A stretch of DNA of 64,000 nucleotides from an uncultured Gammaproteobacteria bacterium (GCA_964482085.1 CAYZVS010000004.1:11878-75877), one strand, 5' to 3'. Positions 1 to 10,473 are shown, counted from the stretch's first letter. The notes: generated from the sequence alone by a model not told the origin. A program made the numbers and translations.

Positions 1-1228
1 CCGGCAAAACGCTAGGCGCAAGTTCACTCCACGGAGCAACAACTTGTGCGAGCCTACCTGCGTACATGTTCCAAACGTTCTGACGCGCACCACGAATCTC
101 CGCAAGTGGCTGCCAGACCTTGGGTAGAAGTCCAAAAACTTCATCACCCTTAGCCGGGTCCGAACTGCGCAGAATCTTCCAGTGACGTTCCGGCGGAATC
201 TTCATTCCAACCAAAGCGCCTCCGTACTGTAGCGGAAGCAGCTTGGTAAACGAGATGATTTTCACATCACCCCACATACCCGCCCCTTCCGAACCCCAGC
301 CATAGGCCAAGTCCTCGATAAGTGGAATTCCTCGCGCATCGCAGAACGCGCGCATCTCCGCCGCATGCGGATTAGGAAAACCAAACTCGTGGATCAGGAA
401 GACAGCGTGCGTTTTGTCCGACGGCGTCTGCGACCACTTGCACACGCTCTCGATCGCTCGTGTCACACACGATGAGATGTACGGTGTTCCAGTTGTCGTT
501 GAGATCAAGACCTCATCGTCAGACGACAATCGTCCCTGATCGCGATACTCCATGAGTGCTCCCGCGATCGCAAACATCGCTCGCGGAAAAAAGGTCCACT
601 CATCCGTACCGACAATCTTTGTGAAAAGATCGCGGCCAGGCTCGGGAGGTCCCGGATCAATTCCGTACGCAGCCGTATCAAACGGAGTGATACGCAAATC
701 GATCGGCAAATCCGTCGGTCGCATCACCATCGGATAATCCTGCTGCGCGTAACCGCGAAAGTAGAACTGCAACGATGGTCGATACGAAACACCGATATCA
801 AAGTACGAGTAATTTCCAAAAGAACTCTTTATTGCCTGCCACAGGAGCAGATTGGGTGTCTCGCGCTTTTTACCCGCCGGAGTCGACGCGTGGCACAGCA
901 AGAAGTTCTTGCGACCAACACCAGCCGTCAGCACCCAGCCGAGTACCTCACCCGTATCTTCAGCTTCCGCAACAAAACCGCAATGACGCGTCTCGAAGAC
1001 AGATGGAATATCGTCAGCGTTGGGAGTGAACGGCTTCACAATCCCAAGGTCCTTCTCGGGCACAAAATCCCGAATTCTGACCCCAGATCGCTCGCCCTTG
1101 CGAACACTCGTACGCACTCGAGTCGGAAGCGACTCCCAAACCGTTGTTTCGTCGGAAAGAGTAATAAGGCTTCCCTGAAGGACATAATCCTTGCTGGTAT
1201 AGCCGAAAGCGGGCTTTTCCTGGTGCAT
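1..1228 (-). CDS. partial CDS (C-terminus beyond window edge): FemAB/GNAT-like N-terminal domain fused to a DegT/DnrJ/EryC1-type PLP sugar-aminotransferase-like region
   Basis: Absent from the ORF track because it is open at the window edge. My own translation of the reverse strand from ATG 1228-1226 is stop-free to nt 1 (409 codons, MHQEKPAFGYTSKDYV...). NLLLWQAIKSSFGNYSYFDIG resembles FemAB-type acyltransferases. THAVFLIHEFGFP...GIPLIEDLAYGWG...VKIISFTKLLP resembles the DegT-family fold including the S-F-x-K lysine. Motif-level recognition only. Confidence 0.5.
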   Translation of the reverse strand, partial: MHQEKPAFGYTSKDYVLQGSLITLSDETTVWESLPTRVRTSVRKGERSGVRIRDFVPEKDLGIVKPFTPNADDIPSVFETRHCGFVAEAEDTGEVLGWVLTAGVGRKNFLLCHASTPAGKKRETPNLLLWQAIKSSFGNYSYFDIGVSYRPSLQFYFRGYAQQDYPMVMRPTDLPIDLRITPFDTAAYGIDPGPPEPGRDLFTKIVGTDEWTFFPRAMFAIAGALMEYRDQGRLSSDDEVLISTTTGTPYISSCVTRAIESVCKWSQTPSDKTHAVFLIHEFGFPNPHAAEMRAFCDARGIPLIEDLAYGWGSEGAGMWGDVKIISFTKLLPLQYGGALVGMKIPPERHWKILRSSDPAKGDEVFGLLPKVWQPLAEIRGARQNVWNMYAGRLAQVVAPWSELAPSVLP

Positions 1229-1275
1229 GGCATGTCCAGCCTATGAAGAATCTACTTTTTCCGCAAGCGTGCGCC

Positions 1276-2280
1276 TTATTCCAGATCAACAAAGACTCCA
1301 TCGCTTTCAAGGGAGCGCATCGCCGCCTCAAGCACCTTAACGACTCGCAATCCCGCATGACCGTCAGTAGCTGGCGCTCTATTCTCTTTGATCGATGCAA
1401 AAAACTCACGCAACTGAGCACGAAGCGGCTCCTCCTGATTGATATGTGGAATTTCTACAGCCCCCGTACGCAAAGCTGGATATGCTGGAATATCTCCCGT
1501 CGGATCATACGTACCACGATCATAAACTCTGATCGGTTCCGCTGTATTAATATCATCGTAAACTGCCATTTTCTTATCACCACCCACCATCATCAAACGT
1601 TGCTTCACTGGCGAATACCAATTCACATGCACATGTCCAAGCGTCCCATCGCCATAATCAAGTGTCATGTACACCATTGTTTCCTGTGGGCTCGTCGGAT
1701 GAATCACGTGCTTAGCGCCCATCGCTGATACGCGCACCGGCTCTTTACCGAGCAATGCCTCAAAAATTGTCAGATCATGCGGCGCCAAATCCCAAAGAAC
1801 ATTCACATCGCTACGGAACAAACCGAGGTTGACTCGAACCGAGTCTAAATATTTCACCGTCCCCAGCTCTCCCGTCTTCACAAGCTCAACCAAGGCTCGT
1901 ACTTCCGGCTTATAATGAAATATATGTCCAACCATCAGCCGTCGATCCGCCTCCTCCGCTTTTGCGATCAGGCTCTTTGCTTCGTCGATCGTACGCGTGA
2001 GCGGCTTCTCAACCAGCACATGCAAACCGTTCGCCAAAGCCGCTTCAGCCAGCGAAGCATGCGTATCAACCGGCGTCACAATAATCGTTGCATCATACCC
2101 ATCGGCAAACGCTTCCGGTGCAGGCTTAGCCACATGCGTCTTCGGAAACTTCGCCACCATTTTCGCCGCCTTCACCGGATCAAGATCTGAAATACCGATC
2201 GATTCCACTTCCGGAAATTCAACCAGGTTACGTACCACATTTGGTCCCCAATAACCGACACCGACGACGAGAATCTTCAT
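1276..2280 (-). CDS. Gfo/Idh/MocA-family NAD(P)-dependent sugar-nucleotide oxidoreductase (WbpB-like)
   Basis: 334 aa. N-terminal Rossmann motif MKILVVGVGYWGPNVVRNL and an EKPL motif (HVLVEKPLTRT). Sits next to the aminotransferase-like gene. Confidence 0.85.
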   Translation of the reverse strand: MKILVVGVGYWGPNVVRNLVEFPEVESIGISDLDPVKAAKMVAKFPKTHVAKPAPEAFADGYDATIIVTPVDTHASLAEAALANGLHVLVEKPLTRTIDEAKSLIAKAEEADRRLMVGHIFHYKPEVRALVELVKTGELGTVKYLDSVRVNLGLFRSDVNVLWDLAPHDLTIFEALLGKEPVRVSAMGAKHVIHPTSPQETMVYMTLDYGDGTLGHVHVNWYSPVKQRLMMVGGDKKMAVYDDINTAEPIRVYDRGTYDPTGDIPAYPALRTGAVEIPHINQEEPLRAQLREFFASIKENRAPATDGHAGLRVVKVLEAAMRSLESDGVFVDLE

Positions 2281-2283
2281 AAA

Positions 2284-2904
2284 TTATTTCCGCAAGAGAA
2301 AAAAATAACCCGAAACCTGTTTTCCGGATGAACGTCGCACACCGTCCAGCAAACGCCCAATGCTTCGCACCACCTTATGTCCCATGCGACCAGGAAGCAA
2401 ATGCGTCAATGTCTCAACTGGACCACGAACGGCCTGCAATTCAATCGATGAAAACGGCGCAGACAAAGAACGGATCCCATCCTCGGTAAAACGGAAATAA
2501 TCTCCGTAGTATCCAGGCATGGCGTGATAGGGAGAAAGAAACGGGACGGAGATAAAAACGGTTCCACCCGGTTTAAGCACGCGGTACATTTCCTGAAAGG
2601 CATCCCAAGGTCTCGGCACGTGCTCGAGCACCGCCAAACAAATAATCGAATCCCAAGATACTTCTGCAAATGGCATCGCCATGACATCGCCTACAACATC
2701 AGGATGATACGTGTCGACCGGATCCATAACCTTGTAAGAAACGTGCTCCAGTAAAGGACGTATCCATAGACGCTGTGTATCGACGACATTCCCTCGGCCG
2801 GCATCGACTCGTAAACCAGCGCCAATATCCAAGACCAGTGCACCGGGCTTCAAACACTCGAGCACCGCTCGTTTAAAGAATGCATCCCAAGCGGTTGCCT
2901 TCAT
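2284..2904 (-). CDS. class I SAM-dependent methyltransferase
   Basis: 206 aa. Motif I is VLDIGAG, followed by VLEHVPRPWDAFQEMYRVLKPGGTVFISVP. ATGA start/stop overlap at 2901-2904. Confidence 0.8.
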   Translation of the reverse strand: MKATAWDAFFKRAVLECLKPGALVLDIGAGLRVDAGRGNVVDTQRLWIRPLLEHVSYKVMDPVDTYHPDVVGDVMAMPFAEVSWDSIICLAVLEHVPRPWDAFQEMYRVLKPGGTVFISVPFLSPYHAMPGYYGDYFRFTEDGIRSLSAPFSSIELQAVRGPVETLTHLLPGRMGHKVVRSIGRLLDGVRRSSGKQVSGYFFLLRK

Positions 2905-3989
2905 AAAGACGAATGCAGGATATCAATCACGCGCTTGGCCGTCATGCCATCGCCAAAAGGGCAGATCCAATCACGCGATTTCGCAAGGAGTGCATCGACA
3001 ATCAAACCGAGCTCTGCTGGGTCCGTCGACGCATACAAAACATTCCCGCCCGCATCGACCGTCTCAGGACGTTCCGTATTTGCCCGGAGCGTCACGCAGG
3101 GAACGTGAAGAATATTTGCTTCCTCCTGCATACCGCCGGAATCCGTGAGCACGAGCTCGGCTCCCGACTGAAGCGCCAACAAATCCAGATATCCGATCGG
3201 TTCGCTCAAAATAAAATTTGCATTTTTCAACAAATCCTCCCAGAGACCGCTCTTCAGCAATTGCGCCTTTGTGCGCGGGTGTACCGGAAATACAATTTTC
3301 CAACCACGCGTTTCCGCAAAGAGCGACAACATTTCGATCATCGCCTGCAAGCGATCCGACTCATCCACATTCGACGGCCGATGCATCGTCAACAACGCAT
3401 ACGGGCTATTGATACCGAATCTAGACAGCGTATCCCCGCTTTTAGCAATCTCGTGATAATGAAGCGCCGCATCGACCACAGTATTCCCAACAACATACAC
3501 GCCTTCCAAAATCGTCTCGCCGAGGAGACGTCCGCGCTGTACTTCCGTGGGACAAAAATGAATGTCAGCGACAATTCCAGCCAGTACACGATTTGCTTCT
3601 TCCGGCATATCCCAATCGTCGCTACGAAGTCCGGCTTCAAGATGCGCGACGGTGATTCCAGATTTATGCGCGGCAAGCGCTCCGGCCAAAACGGAATTCG
3701 TGTCTCCTTGCACCATCACAACCTTCGGCTTCAATGTTTCAAATGCATCATGCAGCCGATCGATCATCGCTCCAAGTTGTTTCAGCACTGGCATGGAACC
3801 GACGCGCAAATTTATTGCCGGCTGTGGCAAGCCAAGTTCGCGAAAAAAAATGCCATCCAAAGCATCATCGTAATGCTGTCCGGTATGGACGATGGCGACA
3901 GGAATCCCCCGTCGCATGGCCTCGAGGACCACCGGCGCTGTCTTAATAATCTCGGGTCTTGTGCCCAAAATGACGACTAACACAGGCAA
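2901..3989 (-). CDS. wecB: UDP-N-acetylglucosamine 2-epimerase (non-hydrolysing)
   Basis: 362 aa. Contains LGTRPEIIKTAPV, HTGQHYD, VLTDSGGMQEEA and HRPSNVD, the hallmarks of the WecB/MnaA family. The start is TTG at 3989; GTG at 3983 is an alternative. Confidence 0.9.
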   Translation of the reverse strand: MPVLVVILGTRPEIIKTAPVVLEAMRRGIPVAIVHTGQHYDDALDGIFFRELGLPQPAINLRVGSMPVLKQLGAMIDRLHDAFETLKPKVVMVQGDTNSVLAGALAAHKSGITVAHLEAGLRSDDWDMPEEANRVLAGIVADIHFCPTEVQRGRLLGETILEGVYVVGNTVVDAALHYHEIAKSGDTLSRFGINSPYALLTMHRPSNVDESDRLQAMIEMLSLFAETRGWKIVFPVHPRTKAQLLKSGLWEDLLKNANFILSEPIGYLDLLALQSGAELVLTDSGGMQEEANILHVPCVTLRANTERPETVDAGGNVLYASTDPAELGLIVDALLAKSRDWICPFGDGMTAKRVIDILHSSL

Positions 3990-5816
3990 TTATTTACCAG
4001 AAAACACCTTTTTATACCAGAGCTGGAAGGATACTGCCGACCAAAGCGGCGCCAGTGCGTATCGCTTTTTAGAGATATGTCCATCAAGCATGCGGTTCAA
4101 CCCATTAAAATCGAGTATCCATGAGGTGCCATCGACATAGCTGGGCGACAGAATCTCGCGCATGTACGGCTCAAGCGGTCCCCGAATCCATTTAGCCATC
4201 GGCGAGTTCCACGCTCGCTTCTCTTCCGCCGAAAGATGCGGAGCAATCCATGGCTTCATCGCATCGATAAGAACACGCTTACCCTGCTTCCGATCGCCAA
4301 GTTTATATTTCGACGGAATTCTAAATGCATACTCGACAAGATCGACATCGAGAATCGGTACGCGCTGTTCAAGCCCATGCGCCATCGTTAATCGATCGGT
4401 TCTGATTAACGATTCATCCGGAATCCAAGTCCGAACATCCGCCGTCATCAACCCGTTCGTCTTATCTTTCCAGCTGTCGACAAAGTACGGTGCGAGCATC
4501 TTTGCTGTTACCGACCAATCATTCATTCCTTTCTTTAAAATCGAATCAATGTCGATTTCTTTCTGCGCAACAAATGAAAGATGTCGATCAAGGCCCGATT
4601 TTGCAGCCAATTTCTTCCAAGAATCCTTCGGGATACTGCCGAGCAAACTCCACGGGAACGGAAATTTCTGCAATCGATCGATCTGCGCGGCATACCAATA
4701 CCGCGGATAACCTCCGAACAGTTCATCGCCACCATCACCGCCAAGAGCGACGGTGATTTCCGGCTTTGCAAACTCGGCGAGCGCATACGTCGATGTCTGA
4801 ATATGATTCGCCACGGGTTCATCCATATGCCAGGCCGTTGCCTCTAAAAGATCGCGCGCCATCATCGCGTCCAATCGAATAACATGATGTTCCGCTCCAA
4901 AATATTTTGCCGTTCGTGCTGCAAGTTCCGCATCCGCATTGTATTTCTCCTGCTGAAAATCCGAGGCGTATGAAACGGTAAACGCTTTAAGCGGTCCGCT
5001 CGACGTTTCGCTCGCTAATCCAAGAATCGCCGACGAGTCAATACCTCCGGACAAAAAAACTCCAACAGGTCGATCGGAAACCAATTGTCTTGCCACCGAC
5101 GACTTCAACCGCTCGCGCACTCCTTGTACCGCATCCTCATAGGTCGATACACGTTCCCCTTCCTGCAACTTCCAAAACGACTTGATGGTGAATTTTTCAT
5201 CCTGAAACAAACCAACATGACCGGGCGACAAACGTTTAATCCCTTCGACCATCGTCTGCACCCCAGGAACATACAGTAATCTGAAATATGCATTCAAAGC
5301 ATCCTTATTGATTTTGCGTTCCGACAAAATCGGCAGCAACGCCTTCATCTCCGAAGAAAACGCCAGCTGTTTTCCATCAAAGAAATAGTAAAGCGGTTTA
5401 ACGCCGATCTGATCGCGGACCAATCTCAAACTCTTTTCATCACGATCCCAAAGCGCGAAAGCAAAAATGCCGTTCAAACGCGGCAAGCAAGGCTCGCCAA
5501 AACGAGCGAACATACGGAGGAGTACTTCCGTGTCGGAAGTCGAAGTAAATCGTTCCCCCATTCCCTCAAGCTCCGCACGCAATTCCTTATAATTATAAAT
5601 CTCGCCATTAAAGATGATGGTAAAACGTCCATCCGGCGACGCCATCGGCTGATGACCTCCCGGCGACAAATCAATAATCGACAAACGATTATGTGCAAAG
5701 GACACGGACTCAGTTTCCCAAAGTCCTTGGTCATCCGGTCCGCGATGACTCGTCAACTCATGCATCTTTCGCAGAAGCCCCGGATCACGCCATGTAAAAC
5801 CATTAATCCCGCACAT
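3990..5816 (-). CDS. asnB: asparagine synthase (glutamine-hydrolysing) family amidotransferase, glycan-cluster paralog 1
   Basis: 608 aa. Starts MCGI (Ntn Cys2). Has the SGGIDSS PP-loop and the GGDELFGGY motif. Confidence 0.85.
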   Translation of the reverse strand: MCGINGFTWRDPGLLRKMHELTSHRGPDDQGLWETESVSFAHNRLSIIDLSPGGHQPMASPDGRFTIIFNGEIYNYKELRAELEGMGERFTSTSDTEVLLRMFARFGEPCLPRLNGIFAFALWDRDEKSLRLVRDQIGVKPLYYFFDGKQLAFSSEMKALLPILSERKINKDALNAYFRLLYVPGVQTMVEGIKRLSPGHVGLFQDEKFTIKSFWKLQEGERVSTYEDAVQGVRERLKSSVARQLVSDRPVGVFLSGGIDSSAILGLASETSSGPLKAFTVSYASDFQQEKYNADAELAARTAKYFGAEHHVIRLDAMMARDLLEATAWHMDEPVANHIQTSTYALAEFAKPEITVALGGDGGDELFGGYPRYWYAAQIDRLQKFPFPWSLLGSIPKDSWKKLAAKSGLDRHLSFVAQKEIDIDSILKKGMNDWSVTAKMLAPYFVDSWKDKTNGLMTADVRTWIPDESLIRTDRLTMAHGLEQRVPILDVDLVEYAFRIPSKYKLGDRKQGKRVLIDAMKPWIAPHLSAEEKRAWNSPMAKWIRGPLEPYMREILSPSYVDGTSWILDFNGLNRMLDGHISKKRYALAPLWSAVSFQLWYKKVFSGK

Positions 5817-5817
5817 A

Positions 5818-6834
5818 TTAGTTACCCAGCATGATAAACGATGACATCTTGTTGATGAGCGATTTCATACTATGCCCCTGCTCAACAATTGACTGTAACT
5901 CTTCACGAGAATGCAATCGCATACCCCTAATAAACTCAGCAATTCCCTCTGGCGTATCCTCTTTTGGAAAATCTGGATATCCAATCGCTTCCGCATGTCC
6001 TTGAATAATCACCGGCGTTAATCCGCAATACATCGCTTCAAGCGCAGACTTGTCGATTGTCTTAGGAACAAGATTAATAAAAACACGGAAACGCGGATAA
6101 ATCTCCTTCAAAGATGGCATGGGAACCGAGCCCATAAAACGAACGCGTTCAGAAAGACCAAGATCTTTTACAAGCGTCTCAATCTCACCTTGATAATTAT
6201 TGTCGATCGATGGATCAAGCGGTCGACCATAATGCGTCAACCGATATTCACTCGGCAAAAGCGCAAGTGCTTTCAATACGACATCAAGACGCTTGGAACG
6301 TGAAATACGATGCACAGCAAGTAAATGCTTTTCATCTTGCCGCTCTGAATCCGGTAATTCCGGAACATTCCAATATTCCGTATCAATCCCATGCCCTGTT
6401 ACAATCTTACGCGGATCGCCATCGTAATGTGGCAAAGACTCTTTGGTCGCGCAAAAAAATCGCGTTACAGCAATCTCGCCGATCTTAAGTGAAGTCGTAC
6501 GCGTATAATGCGTAAACCAAAAATAGGTTGGAATGCCACGCAACTTCCAATACACCGCCCCGGCCGCAAGCCAACGCGTGTTCATGTGCACAAAGACGCG
6601 ATCGTACTTTAAAGAAAACATCAGCTTCCAAAAGCGGAATAACGACCCAAAACGTCCGCCCTGTTTATGCTCAACTGAATACACATTTTCCAAACTCGTC
6701 TCCCCTTTCTCTCCGCAAATAATCGTGACATCGAAACCAGCCTCGCTAAAACCCTTGGCCCACAAAGCCGCAAAGGCAACATCATCGTCCTTGTCGTTAA
6801 TCTTGGGCGTTATAAACAAGAGACGTTTCTTCAT
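5818..6834 (-). CDS. GT-B fold glycosyltransferase (GT4-like)
   Basis: The track ORF runs to 6918, but that extension overlaps the upstream wecB paralog. The internal ATG at 6834 (MKKRLLFITPK...) lies 2 nt after the upstream stop. C-terminal half is Glycos_transf_1-like (HRISRSKRLDVVLKAL...RFMGSVP). Confidence 0.7.
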   Translation of the reverse strand: MKKRLLFITPKINDKDDDVAFAALWAKGFSEAGFDVTIICGEKGETSLENVYSVEHKQGGRFGSLFRFWKLMFSLKYDRVFVHMNTRWLAAGAVYWKLRGIPTYFWFTHYTRTTSLKIGEIAVTRFFCATKESLPHYDGDPRKIVTGHGIDTEYWNVPELPDSERQDEKHLLAVHRISRSKRLDVVLKALALLPSEYRLTHYGRPLDPSIDNNYQGEIETLVKDLGLSERVRFMGSVPMPSLKEIYPRFRVFINLVPKTIDKSALEAMYCGLTPVIIQGHAEAIGYPDFPKEDTPEGIAEFIRGMRLHSREELQSIVEQGHSMKSLINKMSSFIMLGN

Positions 6835-6836
6835 AC

Positions 6837-7913
6837 TTAGAGCAACTCCGACAAAATATTTGCAATCCGTTCCGCTGTCTTTCCGTCCCAATGCGGTGGA
6901 AGACCACCATTTTTCCAATCACCATTCATGGCGCGCTCAAATGCAGCAAGAATTTTTTCTGGATCACGTCCAACAACTTCACTTGTTCCGTAAGTCACCG
7001 TTGACGGTCTCTCTGTTTCATCACGTAATGTAATACACGGAATCGACATCGCGGTTGTTTCTTCTTGCAAACCGCCAGAGTCCGTTAAAACAAGCTTGGA
7101 GTTTTTTACCAGCTTAATCATATCCAGATAACCCATCGGATCAACAATCTTGATTCTAAAATTATCGCCCGCCAATTCCTGCATTCGAGCCTTAGTGCGT
7201 GGATGTACCGGAAAAATCAACGGCAATGTTTCAGAAATCTTTTTGAGCGATTCCCATACAACACGCAATGTCTCCGGATGATCAACCGTTTCAGGACGAT
7301 GCATCGTCAATACGCCATACGACTTTGGGGTAAGTTGTAGTCGTTCCAAAACGTCCGACGCTTCCGCAAGTGGCTCCGATTTACGCAAAGAATCGATCAT
7401 GATGTTTCCAACGTAATGAATTTTCTCTTTTGGAATACGTTCATTTTCCAAATGCACAAGTCCCGCATCATCAGAAACAAATAAATAGTCTGAATGATGA
7501 TCCGCGATCATACGATTCAATTCTTCTGGCATACTCCAGTTATGCGATCGAAGTCCCGCTTCAACATGGACAACCGGAATATTCGCGGCTACACCAGCCA
7601 TCGCACCAGCCGCACTCGACGTTACATCGCCTACAACAATAATCGCGCTCGGCTTCCGTTCCGTAAGCAATGGGATAAGTGCTGCCGTAATTCTTTGTGA
7701 TTGAGCAATACGATCTCCAGCACCAACTCCCAAATGAATATCCGGATCCGGGATGCCCAATTCTTTAAAAAAAACATCCGACATGTTTGCATCGTAATGC
7801 TGTCCCGTATGCACCAAAACAACACCGATATCTTTGCTAAGCAAAGCCTCGTAAAGCGGCGCAATCTTGATGAAATTTGGCCTTGCTCCAGCAATCAGAA
7901 ACACCGTTTTCAT
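6837..7913 (-). CDS. wecB: UDP-N-acetylglucosamine 2-epimerase, second paralog
   Basis: 358 aa. Contains AGARPNFIKIAPL, HTGQHYD, VLTDSGGLQEET and HRPETVD. Confidence 0.9.
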   Translation of the reverse strand: MKTVFLIAGARPNFIKIAPLYEALLSKDIGVVLVHTGQHYDANMSDVFFKELGIPDPDIHLGVGAGDRIAQSQRITAALIPLLTERKPSAIIVVGDVTSSAAGAMAGVAANIPVVHVEAGLRSHNWSMPEELNRMIADHHSDYLFVSDDAGLVHLENERIPKEKIHYVGNIMIDSLRKSEPLAEASDVLERLQLTPKSYGVLTMHRPETVDHPETLRVVWESLKKISETLPLIFPVHPRTKARMQELAGDNFRIKIVDPMGYLDMIKLVKNSKLVLTDSGGLQEETTAMSIPCITLRDETERPSTVTYGTSEVVGRDPEKILAAFERAMNGDWKNGGLPPHWDGKTAERIANILSELL

Positions 7914-7925
7914 GCGTCTCGCATC

Positions 7926-8648
7926 TTACGGCCGCTCGGCCTCTGTGGCAAGCGTTTCCGTATACAACCAATCTCCCCCAACCTCTCGTAAGCGGGCATC
8001 ACCAACAGGTTTTCCAAAAGCCCCTAAAAGCGATGAAGCGTAAGGAAAAAAGTGCAGATGCAAATCAAACGTATATCGATACGGCCTCTGCTTAGGAACA
8101 ACGATAACCAACTTGTGTCGCGTTAAACGCCTAAGTTCCGACAACGACTTTCCCAAATCACGCACATGCTCGAGCGTATGCGTACAAACCACCGTATCAA
8201 ATGAGCAATCGGGAAACGGAAGCGCTTCTACATTCGCTTCAAGAAAAGTAGCGGACGATGCTCGCTGACGCGCTTCATCACAGATAATAATGTCCGTCGC
8301 CGTTACACGCGCTCGCTCAACAAGTTTTCCAGCAAGCACACCCTTTCCGCAACCCGCCTCCAAAACATCTCCACCAACAATCTCGCCAAGCACAGCACCA
8401 ATTGCTTCATCAGTTAAATCCGTATCACGCTCCATAAGTACAGGCTCCACATCGCGATACGCTTGCGCAAATTCCTCTTCCGTCATCGCCCAAGCTTTTT
8501 CTTTAAACGATAAAAAAACATGCGCTCGGTCTTTATACAAAATCCGAAACGGAATCGACATAAACCACCGGGCATCACGCAACAAAGGTGGAAGCAATTG
8601 ATCCAAAATAAAATGGAATTTCAATGCTGTTTGTCGTGAAAATTTCAT
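7926..8648 (-). CDS. class I SAM-dependent methyltransferase
   Basis: 240 aa. Contains VLEAGCGKGVLAGKL (motif I) and CTHTLEHVRDL. Confidence 0.75.
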   Translation of the reverse strand: MKFSRQTALKFHFILDQLLPPLLRDARWFMSIPFRILYKDRAHVFLSFKEKAWAMTEEEFAQAYRDVEPVLMERDTDLTDEAIGAVLGEIVGGDVLEAGCGKGVLAGKLVERARVTATDIIICDEARQRASSATFLEANVEALPFPDCSFDTVVCTHTLEHVRDLGKSLSELRRLTRHKLVIVVPKQRPYRYTFDLHLHFFPYASSLLGAFGKPVGDARLREVGGDWLYTETLATEAERP

Positions 8649-9349
8649 ACGTCAGAACCAAGAACACGCATTTTAAACATACGTAAAATAAGTTTGGCAT
8701 GTCTGCGCATTTCTTTGCGATAATCGAGCTTACTCTCACCATGAATACGAACGGTAAGCGGCGCAGGAATCTCTGCAACGCGACGCTTACGTTGTACCAG
8801 ATGAAACAAAATCTCGGCATTTATATCAAAGCCGGTCGTCTTAAGCGGCAACTCAATCAAATGTTCACGGCGATATAATCGAAAAATCGGACTCACTGCA
8901 GTGACATCGGCTCCGACAACAACCTTATAAACAATCGTTGCAATATGAGAGATGAATATTCGATAGGAAGGAATGTCCTTTCCGTACCCAGCTAACTTTG
9001 GAGATCCAGAAACAAAATCAACATCTCCCTGCTGATAACGTGCGAGCAACTCTTTCACGAGCTCCGGCGCAAACGTTAAATCACTATCCATCGTGATAAC
9101 TAATTCCCCCTTAGATTCTTTGATCCCAGTACGAACCGCAGCCCCAAGTCCAGAATTCTTTTCATGACGCACAAGGCGCACAGGCCCACCCAAAGATTCC
9201 GCGACAACGGCCGTCTCATCCTTACTCCCATCGTCAATCACCACGATTTCATAAGGCATGCCGAGAACATCAAAAACAGGAATCACCTCATTTGGGATTC
9301 GCTTCAGGTTTTCCGCCTCATTATAGGCTGGAAAAATGAATGAAATCAT
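8645..9349 (-). CDS. GT2 polyprenyl-phosphate glycosyltransferase (Dpm1/GtrB-like)
   Basis: ISFIFPAYNEAENL...VVIDDGSKDET...MDSDL. I trimmed the start to ATG 9349, which forms an ATGA overlap with the upstream stop at 9346-9348. Confidence 0.8.
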   Translation of the reverse strand: MISFIFPAYNEAENLKRIPNEVIPVFDVLGMPYEIVVIDDGSKDETAVVAESLGGPVRLVRHEKNSGLGAAVRTGIKESKGELVITMDSDLTFAPELVKELLARYQQGDVDFVSGSPKLAGYGKDIPSYRIFISHIATIVYKVVVGADVTAVSPIFRLYRREHLIELPLKTTGFDINAEILFHLVQRKRRVAEIPAPLTVRIHGESKLDYRKEMRRHAKLILRMFKMRVLGSDV

Positions 9350-10473
9350 GGCCACAGGATAGCGCAAATACGTCTGGCCCGCTCGATCCACGTATATTGA
9401 GCCGATAATCGCTTGGCTTCAAGAGCCCGCGATTTCGCTTCTTCCGGCTGATCAACCACTTTAGCTATTTCCGTTACCAAAGAATCCACATCGCCCGGTT
9501 TTGCAATAAACGCGCTTTTCTCAGAGAGAATCTCTCGAACACTTGGTAAATCCGTCGCAATCATCGGAACCCCACTCATCAAATACTCAAACAATTTGAG
9601 CGGCGACATGTAATAGGCATAATGCTCCGTATACGGAAATGGCATGAGCAATAAATCTGCAGCCGCATAAAATTTGCCGAGTGTCGCTTGTGGTTGATGG
9701 CCCATCAATCGTACGTTCGCTCCCAATTTACTCGAATATCGTTCCAACTCCTGCCGCGTCCCTCCAACCGCAAGTAACAAAATGTTCTTTCCTTCCGATG
9801 CGAAGCGTTCCACAGCTTCAATCGATTCATCCAGACCTTTAGGCATGTTCATCGTTGTAAACTTGCCCGTATACAAACATACAATTGTTTCCGGTGCGAT
9901 TCCGAGCTCACGACGAACTTCCTCGCGCTCATAGATGAGCGCAAACATCGCAGGATCAACCGCATCTGGCTCAACAACAACGCGATCCGTTGCAACTCCC
10001 GCTTCAACGAGACGTTTTTTACTTGCACTCGTAAGCGTAATAATTCCGTCGAGTCGTTTTGCGATACGCATCGCCCAAGAAGAATGATGTAGCGCATGCG
10101 ATTCCCAAACGCGCTTACCTGGTATCCCTGGCACGCTAAACACATACAGCTCGCGACTAAATACAACATCGGGTTTGAACCGTTTCAACTCATTCCGCAA
10201 TGACCATAAAAAAGTCGATGTTTGAATCCAAAGTCCAAGTCGGCCGAGCCACGACCAACGAATCGCATCCACACAAGGCAATCGCTTAAAAACAAACGAG
10301 GGTTCGACACCGTAATAAGCAAATGGGTCTTCTGCTTGTACAGGCTTACGATCTGGAACAAACAACGTCACCTCGTGCCCAAGCGCCACAAAAGAACGGC
10401 ACATCGCCATCACTTGATCACTCTGAGCCTTTTCCGATGGAAATCGGCTATTTGCGACGTAAGCAAGTTTCAT
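9346..10473 (-). CDS. GT4 glycosyltransferase
   Basis: I trimmed the start to MKLAYVANSRFPSEKAQ (the 26-aa N-terminal extension in the track is unsupported). C-terminal block is FPYTEHYAYYMSPLKLFEYLMSGVPMIATD (E-x7-E-like). Confidence 0.8.
   Translation of the reverse strand: MKLAYVANSRFPSEKAQSDQVMAMCRSFVALGHEVTLFVPDRKPVQAEDPFAYYGVEPSFVFKRLPCVDAIRWSWLGRLGLWIQTSTFLWSLRNELKRFKPDVVFSRELYVFSVPGIPGKRVWESHALHHSSWAMRIAKRLDGIITLTSASKKRLVEAGVATDRVVVEPDAVDPAMFALIYEREEVRRELGIAPETIVCLYTGKFTTMNMPKGLDESIEAVERFASEGKNILLLAVGGTRQELERYSSKLGANVRLMGHQPQATLGKFYAAADLLLMPFPYTEHYAYYMSPLKLFEYLMSGVPMIATDLPSVREILSEKSAFIAKPGDVDSLVTEIAKVVDQPEEAKSRALEAKRLSAQYTWIERARRICAILWP

Noticed and set aside
2913-3980. 355-aa plus-strand ORF covering the whole wecB locus
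   Set aside because: It is a shadow ORF antisense to a gene with unmistakable WecB motifs. Its translation is R/Q/H/I-rich with no recognisable domain and no RBS context.
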